Assembly: GCF_000143415.4 (NCBI RefSeq)
Contig: NW_003314266.1
Span: forward strand, 3,542,398 to 3,606,397
Origin: Selaginella moellendorffii
Lineage: Eukaryota > Plantae > Lycopodiophyta
Direction: 5' to 3'
Length of the DNA stretch: 64,000 nucleotides
How positions within the stretch are numbered: position 1 is the stretch's first letter; each line of letters starts with the position of its first letter. The notes beneath the pieces are model-generated. The model was not told where the DNA came from. It worked only from the letters and a program-made list of their open reading frames with translations, and searched no databases. The position numbers were made by a program, and so were the translations under genes. This document shows, piece by piece, positions 34,901-45,347 of this stretch.

Positions 34901-35482
34901 AGCAGAACAAGATAGAAACACAGAAGGAAAAAGTGGGGGAACAAAAGTAGTGGAAGCAGAGGTAAAAGTAGAGGGATGAAGGGGTATGGAAGTGAGAGGA
35001 ATGGATGAAACATAAGGAAGTATGAGACAAGGAGGAGAAACCTTAAAGTCACACTTGGCATGATTGCGCTGCAACTAATCCATACCAAGAATGAGGTCAA
35101 AAGCTTGACTCGGCACCACCCGCAACGGCTACAACTCAAGCTCGAGATCGCCCACACGCACAACCAAATCCACCTCATCCCATGCACATGCATGTGTACG
35201 ACAGTTGCCATAAAGAATGAAAACTGGTTCTGCCGCACGACGCAAGTGTAGACGACAACGTGTGGCAACAGGTCGAGCAATAGAAGATAAACTCGAACCT
35301 GTATCAACCAACACGGAGAGAATAATAAAAGACCTCTTGTTATAAAAACGAGCTTGGAAAGTAAACACTGGATGAACTGGTGCCGAGTGAACCCCTTGAT
35401 GATACTCCCGAAAGAAAGATAGAGGGGTCACTGATTTATTCGCGCAAGGTCCCTCCATTACTCGCGTGATTCCTCGTTTCCC
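31994..35482 (-). pseudogene. pol: Gypsy pol (protease, RT, RNase H, integrase) in one frame with six in-frame stops
   Basis: LVDTGSS, RFCIDYRPLN, VMPFGL, FIDD, DASDIG, HH-CC, YHPQSDGLVER, WKGPYRV. All ORF pieces share one frame. Confidence 0.93.
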
Positions 35483-36387
35483 GGATGCATCTTGGTGTCC
35501 AGACCTTCCACTACAGTAGCACCCAGGGGACGTTGCTGACGCCAAGGTATCCACCCAGGAAATGGAGGTCGCCAATCCAGAAAACGACGGCAACGCCGAT
35601 AAGTATGACCAACTTCATCACACGCCCAGCAGCGAACATCACGGCCACGACCACGTCCTCGCACTTGTCCTTGGACTTGAGCAGCAGCAGCATCAACCTC
35701 CATGGGAACAGGACCATCACCCATAGGAAGTGGAGCGGAAGGATGTGCAGCGAGAAGTGGAAGAGGCGACGTCTCATAATGTTGTGCCAAGCGAAAAGCA
35801 TCGTCAAGGGTGGCAGGAGAAAGTGCATGCATAAGTCCAACAAAATCTTGACGAAGTGCTGGCCACAACATTCCTAGCTTGATCCGCTCCGACATATTTG
35901 GCTCCGCACGAAGCAAAAGACTTCGGAAACAAACGCCAAATTGCATCACCGACTCAGATGGCCCTTGGCAAAGACGATGCAATTGTTGGAAAGCATCATC
36001 ACAATCATCGGCATGTCCGAAGGCGTGTTTGAAGACATCCGGGAGAACACTCCAATCCCCACGAGTGGCTGCGCTCAAACCATTGTACCACTGCAACGCC
36101 GTCCCTTGAAGACACGTGGGAAACTCACGCAACCGTCGAGCATCATCCCAAGAATGATATGTGGCAATCACCGTAAAGTGATCGAACCAATGGTACACAT
36201 CATCCCCAGGATTCCCGCGAAAGAACTCCGGCCGAACGCGAGGATTGGCACCAACAGCAAGAGTTGTACCATGTGCCGTGAATGCCGCCATCAACTGAGT
36301 TTGGTTGTTCAATTGCAAGCGTATAGCATCAAGCAATTGAACCAACTGCTGCTCTAGAGTCAAAGGAGGAGATTGCGGATCAGCCAT
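35458..36387 (-). CDS. gag: Retrotransposon Gag with CCHC zinc knuckle
   Basis: 309-aa ORF with LQGTALQWY, PVPMEVD and CWACDEVGHTYRRC. Confidence 0.92.
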   Translation of the reverse strand: MADPQSPPLTLEQQLVQLLDAIRLQLNNQTQLMAAFTAHGTTLAVGANPRVRPEFFRGNPGDDVYHWFDHFTVIATYHSWDDARRLREFPTCLQGTALQWYNGLSAATRGDWSVLPDVFKHAFGHADDCDDAFQQLHRLCQGPSESVMQFGVCFRSLLLRAEPNMSERIKLGMLWPALRQDFVGLMHALSPATLDDAFRLAQHYETSPLPLLAAHPSAPLPMGDGPVPMEVDAAAAQVQGQVRGRGRGRDVRCWACDEVGHTYRRCRRFLDWRPPFPGWIPWRQQRPLGATVVEGLDTKMHPGNEESRE

Positions 36388-37514
36388 GAAGATGAACTAA
36401 AAAGAAAGAGCAAAAGAAGATAAATGACAAAAAAACTGGAAAGAAATGGTAGATCTAGACAATGCAAAAAGCTAAATCTAGACCAAAATCTTGAAAGGAA
36501 AGAACAAAAGAAAAGAAATGGAAAAAGCTAAATCTAGACGATGCAAAAGCTAGATCTAAACCGAAATCCCAAATCCAAGCACTCCCTAGGGACAATCAAA
36601 GGTGCCCCTCACCTCCACCAATGTGAGTGCATGGAATATGGAAAGGGAATACAGAAATATGCATATCCATTAGCCCAAAAACCCTAGCTTATATACAGGA
36701 GCGAGTGGTCCGGATTGAAACCAATCCGACGGCTACCAAAATCCACTACGCTAATATTAGTATACGGCATCGTAGCCGTACACTTGGCCCTCACATCTTA
36801 ATATTTTAGGCTACACGAAATAATTTTATTTATGCACAAAAAATTATTTCTGGTGAAAATATTTATGTGAATTTATATATTTTCATATTAAAGCATTAGT
36901 ATAATATATCAACATGATTTTATTTATAAGTTTTTCAATTTTAAGTGTTGTTGAAGATGTTTGCCCAGCATATGCACCTCCTTTTGGAATTGTAAGATGA
37001 ATTTTTAAGTTCTAATAGTGATTTTATGAAACATCTTGGTATTGTTTTCAACACCCTTTTGGATGGCACTAATATTAAAAATGAAATAAAATACAGTGGT
37101 GTTTTAGTATGTAACCAAACCTTATATCATCGGGATCAATGCTACAGTTGTTTAGAGAATCTACACAAAGAGATTACATTAGGTGCTCCATATTACAATT
37201 ATATAGTGCTAACAATTTATGTTATCTTCACTATGAAAAAAATTCATTTTCCTAAATTATTGTTGCAATTTTAATTTGGGGAGTTCAGATTCTTTTAATG
37301 ATATTAGTAAAAATTAAATATTCTAAATAATTGTTTGCACATTGCATATAACAAATTTTGGTTTACTTACTAATAGTACTATTCTTGTTTAGTATTATAA
37401 TTAATATAGTTAACTAATATATAATTCAATTAAGAATTCTAAGACTACTAGAAGAGAAGTTGATTATGAAGACAAATATTCTAGGCATAAACACAAACCA
37501 CATTTTTCTTCAAT

Positions 37515-38793
37515 AATATATACTGAATCTAGTTTATATATAAGAGCAAATGGTCCAGATAAAACCAATCCAAATGCTAATAGCCATTTTAATTGTGCAT
37601 TTAGACATATCATCTCCTCTCAAAAAAATAGAAAAGAATTAGGGTTCTTGTGTTGATAGGCCAAGATCTTAAGGAATATTAAGAGGAGGCACCACTGGAT
37701 CCATAAGTGGTGCAACTTATTTCTAATCCTTTTGTATGAAATGTTTCAGCTGTTACATATTTATAATTTTTAGAGGATTAAATGCTATACTAAACTTCAT
37801 AAACTTACAATTTAATTTGCCAAAACACTTGATATGAAGACAAATCAGATATTGTAAAATTGGAAAAAAGAACTAATATTAGGTCATCTACTTTATACTC
37901 TGCAAATGGATAATAATGAGAATTGTAACACCATTGTTATCTCACTTGTATGCATCTACTTTATACTACACATGGATAATAATGAGAATTATAACACCAT
38001 TGTTATCCCATTTGTATGCAACCTAAGTATTTAGAGACTAGTGGAAAAATGTTTATTAAATATTAATCATAAAATGTAGCATCAAGAGCTCATAACAATC
38101 GTAAACGTAAACACAACTTTATTGATAATATAGAATCATGAATATATAAGAGTTTTTATGATAAATCATCAATAAAAACTCTATACCCCCATGACATAAG
38201 AATACTGAAAAAATGGTAAATAACCATCCTAATCTAAGTATTAAAACTTCATATATTTTGCAATCATCCCCTTAAAGATCTAAACAAGTTATTCTACTAA
38301 ACCATCTATTTGTGGATGATAAAAACTTGCTAAAATTTGGCATATCCCCAGTCGAGACGTCAAAATTTAAAATGCCTTAACCATAAACAAAATACCATTA
38401 TTTGTTCAGTTCCAATTATATAGCATAAAGTATCAATTGTTTCTCCAAAGTCACCGAAGGAGGAACATGAAGCCACCATAAAGGAGGAATATACTACTTT
38501 ACAATAAATATGAAAAAAATGAGGGAAAATAAATGACAAGAAATAAAAAAGTTATAGAAACAAAAGTGATTTAGTCATTGTAAAAGTTAGATCTAAAAGA
38601 AATAAAAAAATCCAAGCACTTTCAGGGACAACTAGAATTGCCCCTCATCTTATAGAATATAGAAATATACATATATAATTTGCCCAATAACTTTATGTCA
38701 TATATGGTTTAGATTGAAACCAATCTAATAACTATTAAAATCTCACTATGCTAATAAATATATAGAATCATAGTTATACACTTGGACCTCATA
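37515..38793 (-). mobile_element. Internally deleted, heavily decayed copy of the same gypsy family
   Basis: LTR remnants at ~37515-37608 and ~38652-38793, PPT and PBS remnants, and an integrase-end remnant. Gag and RT are absent. Confidence 0.75.
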
Positions 38794-40722
38794 ATGTTTA
38801 TAATTATAATTAAAATATTAATCTAAATGAATAACAACTATTAGATGGTAAAATATCCCAAAATATCTAAAAACTTATTCTAAGTATAATTTGCTTAAGC
38901 AAACTAAAATAATTTCCTGTGCTATACAACAACACTTAGTTTTGTTTGGAAAACTTTTTTTATTAATGATAGCACTTTTTATTTATATGACTTACTAAAA
39001 TTAGAAATTAATGATTTTAATAATGTTATTTTTTTAATAATAATATTTTTACATAAATATTATCCTAAAATGATAATATAATTTGAATATTATTTTATTT
39101 TAAATAAATTTAAAAAAATTAAAAAAATTTCAGATATGAAAAAATTTATTCTTAAAAGTAGTAGATAGAATGTTCTTTAATCAATTAATATATTAAGATC
39201 CCAATCCCTAGTTAGACTATATCAGCTTGTATAGAAGATTTTGGGGTAATCTTGACGTGAAGAATTTTTTAAAAAAATTAGAAGACAATACCATTGTCTT
39301 ATAGATCATAATAATCTTGTGTGGCAATCTTTCATATATATTGTTATGATGATTATTATCTTTTGTTGTTATGCAATCTTCAATTATGTAGTAGAGTAGA
39401 GCTTTATGCATTACTGATGGATGCAAATGCCTTCTGGCAGAAGCTCTGGGCTAAACTCTAGTGGCCAGAAATATTATATAGTTTCTATTGAAATTGTTTT
39501 GATTCTATCCAAGAATTGTTTGCGTGGAGAGTCAGCTCTAAGGATTGTGTTGTAAACATCAAGCCAAGAACTGGAAAGGTAAAGGCCAAAGTCTGGGTAT
39601 ATTAATTTTCCCATCATATTGGTGGGAGAAAGTTAAAAGCCTAGAGCTACTTATACATGTTGAGGATAAGTTCTTAATGAACCAGATTCATGTTTTTTAA
39701 GATGGTAAATAGGTTGATAACTAATTATATTAATGTTAAACCAATAAATCAGAGAAAAGTTGAAGAGAAAATCACAACCATTAGATTAAAGAAATATCTT
39801 GAAATGTGCCTGAATATTCTAGATATATTCCTTATACCCTTTTCTAAAGTTTTCAATTATATTGTTTTCCATTTGAAAAATGTAAATAATCAATATGCAT
39901 CAACTATTGATGAATTATTAGTTGAAACAAAACCATCATACTACAAACAGTTTCATGGTGTGTGGATCTTATTCTAGTTCATACTTAATAAGAGTTTTGC
40001 AGCCAAGCTTATAAACATTTATGTCCAATGAAGCTTATTTCTAAGTATCTATAATATGCTCAGTAAAGACTTTAACCATAACATATATAAGAAATCACTT
40101 GTACCCCAGATACTCCAATTACCAATATTAGCCATTGATCATACTATAAGATTTAATTTTAACCATAAGATGTAATATTTTAAGGATATTTTAAACACTC
40201 AGCAATAACAAACTTAATAATTTGTTGCATGTTGCATGCAACATTTGGTTTGCTTAATAACAGTGTCATTGAAATTGATCAGTAATTATAAACATGTTTA
40301 TAATTTATAAATCAAGATTAATTGTATTGCATATTAACCAATGGTAGAATAAAAAAGAATATATTGACATGTTTAGGAAATTTTATAAATTATAAACATG
40401 TTTATAATTTATAAATACAAGATTAATCTAAATAAATAACAACCATTAGATGGTAGAATATCCTAGAATATCCAGGCATATTCTAAATATATTCATTACC
40501 ATCTCAACCAAAAAGTTAAGAACGGTATTTAGTATAACCAAGAATAGAATCAAATACTGGCCAAACGCTTCTTAAATTGTTTATTAGATTTCTCTCTATA
40601 AAGAAAATCAAATCCAAGTCACTAGGGCGATCACGTTGCTAAGACGGCAATCAGTGGAAGAGGTGATTATTTTCTTCTGTCAGATCCGGCTTTCTGGAGC
40701 GATGGCGTTTGTCTTCCTCACT

Positions 40723-41872
40723 TCACCGCCGTGATCTCTTTCTCTTGGTTGCATCCTCCCATGCATGGAGCACGTAGTCGATTATATCTTGCAATCCTAC
40801 ACCGTGCTTCACCTGGAAAGCCAAGGTTACACACTAGTTCTCGTGGAGAAAATCGAAAAAAGAAAGCTCGACATTCATTTACCTGTGCAAAGACGAATGG
40901 ACCACCGTCACGCATTCTCAACGCGTCCCGTTCCATCACTTTCAAATCCGCTCCAACAGCCTGCGCTAGATCCGTTTTGTTGATAACCTGTGCGTTTTCT
41001 TCAGTCGAGAGTGGAGCGAGCAAAATGAAAAGTAACTTACAAGGAGATCGGCTTGTGTGATACCAGGCCCGCCTTTGCGAGGAATTTTGTCGCCCCCAGA
41101 GACATCGATAATATAGATGATGTAGTCGGCTAGTTCCCTGCTGAAGTTTGCGGCGAGGTTATCTGCAAACAAGAAACGAGTTAGTTGCGGTAGAAAACAG
41201 TGTTGTACCTCCTCCGGATTCGCACAAAAGTATGTCAGCCGAGAACTTTGTAGAGAGTTCTTCCAGTGGTCCCAAATTAATGCTGATGTCTTCTCGAATT
41301 GCAGCGTGGGGGCATCCACCAGTTTCGACAGCTCTTATTCGTTCGGGGGCAAGAGCACCGTTTTTAACCAGAAACTCGGCATCCTCTCGTGTAAAAATGT
41401 CGTTTGTAACCTGCACCAACCAGGATCTCTATTTTGCTTTGACTTCGAAGGGGCTCACTTACGGCTGCGATGCTGTATTTATCTCGCAAGGCCTGGCAAA
41501 GAGCAAGCATTAGAGCTGTCTTCCTGCAAGTCAAAACAAGAAGCAAGCGAAAGTGAGCCAAATTCACTGCAGAAAAGAGGAAAAATGTCACAGACCCTGT
41601 TCCAACCGGTCCTCCGATCCCGACAGTAAAAGCGCGCTCCGCAAAGTTGCGAGATTGCAGAGCCAAAGGCCGCCGGTTGAAGTAGCCAGGAGAATCGAGC
41701 TGCTCGTGCGTGTGAGGAGCCAAACCATCATGGGAGTGGTAGAGCTTTCCATCCGGACCCTTCCACTCGTTGGCCCTGAAAGAAGAAACGAGAAAGGTTG
41801 GCTGCTAGACCCCAAAGAAACAACATACCCATGAGCTTCGCCGTGATCGTGGTGGTGATGGTGCTCCGCCAT
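40723..41872 (-). CDS. UREG: Urease accessory protein G (multi-exon)
   Basis: His-rich N-terminus, P-loop [53 protein letters not shown]. Spliceosomal introns are present. Confidence 0.96.
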
Positions 41873-42402
41873 AGTTGATCTTTTCCTCCCTCTTCTAACA
41901 GCCGAGCCGTCGATTTAATTTTTTCCGATCATATCGGTCAAATCAACTTAGAATAGTGGCTCTTTGCCTCGTGGAACTTCAGCGTCGGTTATGCTGCCTG
42001 CCTGTAGCATCAAACCACGACCACCAATTACGTCGCAATCCAATCGCTCGAGAAACTCGATGAATTACCTCGATCAGCCTGCTGTGATTGAAAGCTTCCA
42101 GTATCACATTTTTAAAGATTCCTGCGATGCGAAGCTGTCAATCATCCCACCTCCAACGAACTCTGCAGCTCTCATTTACCACTAATCGCAGAGCTCCTTT
42201 TTAACCCGGCACGGCAGCACCTCGATCGATAATCCTTCTCGCAAGGATCAACCTCGTGCTCCGTTAGTGCTATGGTTCTGTAGCCAAGGAAGGAAAGCAC
42301 CCGTGTTAGTATATAAGGAACCACGCGGCATAAAGAGTTTCATCCAACCTCTTTTTGTTTTCCTCATCACGTCCTTCTGCGCGTTTTTTCTCTTTCGCAA
42401 AG

Positions 42403-42777
42403 ATGTGGAAGACGACGACGATCGCTCTCTTGATGGTTTTCGCGGCGCTTCAAGCTGAAACGACGAGTAAGCTCAAGTCTTTCTCCCTCCATCCTGTTGT
42501 TGTTTTCTAAATCTTTCTGGTATCTACAGCCGCTGTGCATCCGTCCTTGTATCACAGGAAGTTGCTAGAGCTGCAGCCTGGCCAGCCAATCTCGCCGTTT
42601 CGGTCCGTTCCATCTGGTCCCGACGACCCTTTGCACTACCACCGCCGCCGTGGACACAAAGAGTGCGTAGCGAGCGAAGCAAGCGCCTGTTCATCTTCTT
42701 CTACTGCGCCAACTGTCGAAAAACCTTTTGCTAGTGCTGCTACTGCTACTACTACCACTGCCACTGATGCTCCATAA
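42403..42777 (+). CDS. CLE-like secreted peptide precursor (2 exons, intron 42467-42529)
   Basis: Signal peptide MWKTTTIALLMVFAALQA, RKLL motif, CLE-like RSVPSGPDDPLHY at 42601-42639, and TATATAA at ~42310. Confidence 0.8.
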
Positions 42778-43057
42778 AGTTCCTGGTTTTCTAGTACTAC
42801 TCTAGTGCCGAGATGATCAATGCACAAGCTATGTATGTGCTCATTGTCACCTTCTAAGTAGATCGGCGTCTACGGAAAAGAGAGTGGGTGATGGACTGTT
42901 GTGCTCCAATACTTTCGTCTCAATATTGCTTCTGGTGGTCGAAGGATTCGTAAGGCTGTGAGAAAGAAAGAAGAGTTTCTAGAATGCTAAGAAAAACCGT
43001 GTACTATCGCCATTCTTGGGAGAAGAATAGGGGCTTGAATAGTACCTGAGAAAGGGC

Positions 43058-43324
43058 TCAGTCGCAAAATTGCTTGGGCTTGACGATGCTAACGCCGCTG
43101 ACGCTCGAGCTCTTGAGCATTTCCAGCTGCTTGCAGCCCTTGTTGAGCAGGTACTCGATCTGGGTGAAATTCTTGCGCTCGATGCCTACCGCATTCCTTC
43201 GGAACTCGGCGCTCACGATCGCCTCCATCTCGCGCCGCGCCTCCGGCGCCTTACTGCGGGCGACGCGGAGGAAGCTCCGATAAAGACTGAGGACCTGACG
43301 CTGGAGCCCCGAGAGCTTCATCAC
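43058..43324 (-). CDS. SDHAF1: LYR-motif protein, succinate dehydrogenase assembly factor 1-like
   Basis: LSGLQRQVLSLYR...EFRRN...IEYLL..G.KQLEML. Confidence 0.88.
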   Translation of the reverse strand: MMKLSGLQRQVLSLYRSFLRVARSKAPEARREMEAIVSAEFRRNAVGIERKNFTQIEYLLNKGCKQLEMLKSSSVSGVSIVKPKQFCD

Positions 43325-43418
43325 TGAAGAGCCCTAAATCTCTAGGGCTAGGTTAGCAAATTCAAATTGATTGAATTCCCGCCATATTTATAGGGGTTGA
43401 CGCCCTAATTCTTTGGGG

Positions 43419-45347
43419 CTAAGATTCATAGCAGCAGAGATTGGAGAGCATCACGTATGGCGCGGACAGCCCGCGCGTTAGAGGGCTTTCCACCTCCATG
43501 GCGTTCTTGGCAGCCATGGCAGCCTTCTCCAAGCTCTCGTGGTAATTGGGCGCACCCAGCAAGGCCGCCCACGTCTCCGCATCCGGCGCAAACGGCATTG
43601 CCGCGATGAGTTCCTCCGCATCGCGGATCCGCCCAGCTCGCGCGAGTGCATTGATAATGCACGAGTAGTGGTTCTTCGATGGCGCCAATCCGTGTGCCGC
43701 GATCGCCAGCCCAAATTCGCGCAGCCCCTGCTCTCCCGCGTGGCCGCGCGCGGCTAGAACGCTCAGCAGCGTGATCTCGTCGGGCCGGAAGCCCTCTAGC
43801 GCCATGGATTCCACCAGCGCGATCGCTGACGCTGGATCTCCCGCCTGGGAGTATGCCGCGACGATCGAATTCCAGGATACGATGCTCTTGATCGGCATCG
43901 CATCGAAGAGCTCTCGCGCGCGATCCAAATGCCCCAGCTGGGCGTGCATGCTCAGCAAGCACGTCCACGCCACCACGCCCCTCTCGGGCATCCTCTGGAA
44001 TATCCCGTGCGCGCGGGGTATATTCCCGGCCGAGGAATATCCTTGGAGGATCGTGTTCCACGAGACATCGTCCCACTTGGGCATATTCTCGAACGTGGCA
44101 TCGGCATCCTCCAGCTGGCCGTTTCGGGAGTAGAGAGCCACCATGGCGTTGTGCGAGACGATGTCTCTGTGGGGCATTGCCTCGAAGAGAATCTTTCCAT
44201 CGTGGAGATTCCCAGACTCGGCATATGCCGTAATCAGTGTGTTCCAGGAGATTACGTCCCAGCGTGGCATCCGGTCGAACATCTGCTGCACATTCTGGAA
44301 GTGGAACTTTTCAGTGAATCCAGCCAGCATTGCGTTCCAGCTGATGGGATCTCTTCCATCCATCTCGTCGAAAATCCGCTTGGCCAATTCTGTGTCGCTC
44401 CTGTGGAACAATGCCCGGATCATGAGCGTTGATGAAATTGTGTCTTTCTGTGGCATTAACTCAAACATGGATTGAGCTTTGTCCATCTCCCCAGTTTCAA
44501 CGTGGCCAGAGAGAATGGCAGCAAATGTGATTGCATCCCTCTCTGGAATCCTGTTGAAGACATCGTAGGCTTCCTTGAGATTGCTGTGGTCCGAATAAGC
44601 TTGGATCATCGTGTTCCAAGAAACTAGGGTTCTCTGAGGCATCCAATCAAACAAGTTCTTAACATCTTCCAAATGCCCAATTCTGGCATTCACTGCTATC
44701 ATCTCGTTACAGGAGACAACATTCCACTCTGGCATTTTTGCAGCGGCTTCTTTGGCTTCAAGTAACAACATACTGTGATTTACTCCAAATACTGTGTTTC
44801 GAGAAGTGATATTCACCGAGGATGCCTGATTAAACACTTGGAACGTATCCTCCATTTTACCGCTTTGGGTAAATGCGGCAACAAGGATGATCCAAGAGAG
44901 TACGTTTCTTTCTGGCATTGAATCAAACAATTCCTTAGCTTCAACGTGATTCCCGTGGTGTGCATAGACAGTTATCATGGCATTGAAAGTTACCAGATCC
45001 CTCTTTGGCATAGCATCAAACATGTTTCTCGCGGATTCCAGATGCCCATTCTGAGCATATGCGTGGATCATGAGGCTCCACGAGTATAGATTAAGTTGGC
45101 GGATGCCCATGAATGCCTGGGACGCATCCTCCACGCTTCCAAGCCTTCCGTACACCTGGATCATCGTGTTGGCGAGAAACCTATTGTCGCAGTGATCGCT
45201 GTGGACGATATGGGCGTGGAGGCGCTTGGCATCGGTATAGTTTTTGCATTCTTTGAGGAGCTTGTGGAATCGGTCCTGCCCACGCAGCGCATTCATATCA
45301 TTCGATGGAATCGCGGGGAACGGAGCTCCAGCCCACCAAGGATTCAT
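43419..45347 (-). CDS. PLS-class PPR protein rich in 31-aa motifs, E extension, no DYW (probable start 45296)
   Basis: Tandem F..MP.R...SWN.M...Y....G repeats, HYSCIINALARAG, PYVMLSN. Confidence 0.92.
   Translation of the reverse strand: MNPWWAGAPFPAIPSNDMNALRGQDRFHKLLKECKNYTDAKRLHAHIVHSDHCDNRFLANTMIQVYGRLGSVEDASQAFMGIRQLNLYSWSLMIHAYAQNGHLESARNMFDAMPKRDLVTFNAMITVYAHHGNHVEAKELFDSMPERNVLSWIILVAAFTQSGKMEDTFQVFNQASSVNITSRNTVFGVNHSMLLLEAKEAAAKMPEWNVVSCNEMIAVNARIGHLEDVKNLFDWMPQRTLVSWNTMIQAYSDHSNLKEAYDVFNRIPERDAITFAAILSGHVETGEMDKAQSMFELMPQKDTISSTLMIRALFHRSDTELAKRIFDEMDGRDPISWNAMLAGFTEKFHFQNVQQMFDRMPRWDVISWNTLITAYAESGNLHDGKILFEAMPHRDIVSHNAMVALYSRNGQLEDADATFENMPKWDDVSWNTILQGYSSAGNIPRAHGIFQRMPERGVVAWTCLLSMHAQLGHLDRARELFDAMPIKSIVSWNSIVAAYSQAGDPASAIALVESMALEGFRPDEITLLSVLAARGHAGEQGLREFGLAIAAHGLAPSKNHYSCIINALARAGRIRDAEELIAAMPFAPDAETWAALLGAPNYHESLEKAAMAAKNAMEVESPLTRGLSAPYVMLSNLCCYES

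Larger units (their letters stand above)
31789..36795 (-). mobile_element. Full-length Ty3/gypsy LTR retrotransposon without a chromodomain, inactivated by nonsense codons
   Basis: 174-bp LTRs at 36622-36795 and 31789-31962 (5 transition differences), TG..CA ends, 4-bp TSD TCTT, PBS TGGTGGAGGTGAGGGG, PPT GAGAGGAGGGGATGA. Domain order is gag-PR-RT-RH-INT. Confidence 0.97.

Noticed and set aside
31994-35130. Programmed stop-codon readthrough or U-to-C editing restoring pol
   Set aside because: Six scattered stops of three types in a nuclear TE are more simply explained by deamination.
40723-41872. Bacterial contamination or recent HGT of ureG
   Set aside because: Spliceosomal introns and the plant-type His-rich N-terminus; UreG is a normal plant gene.
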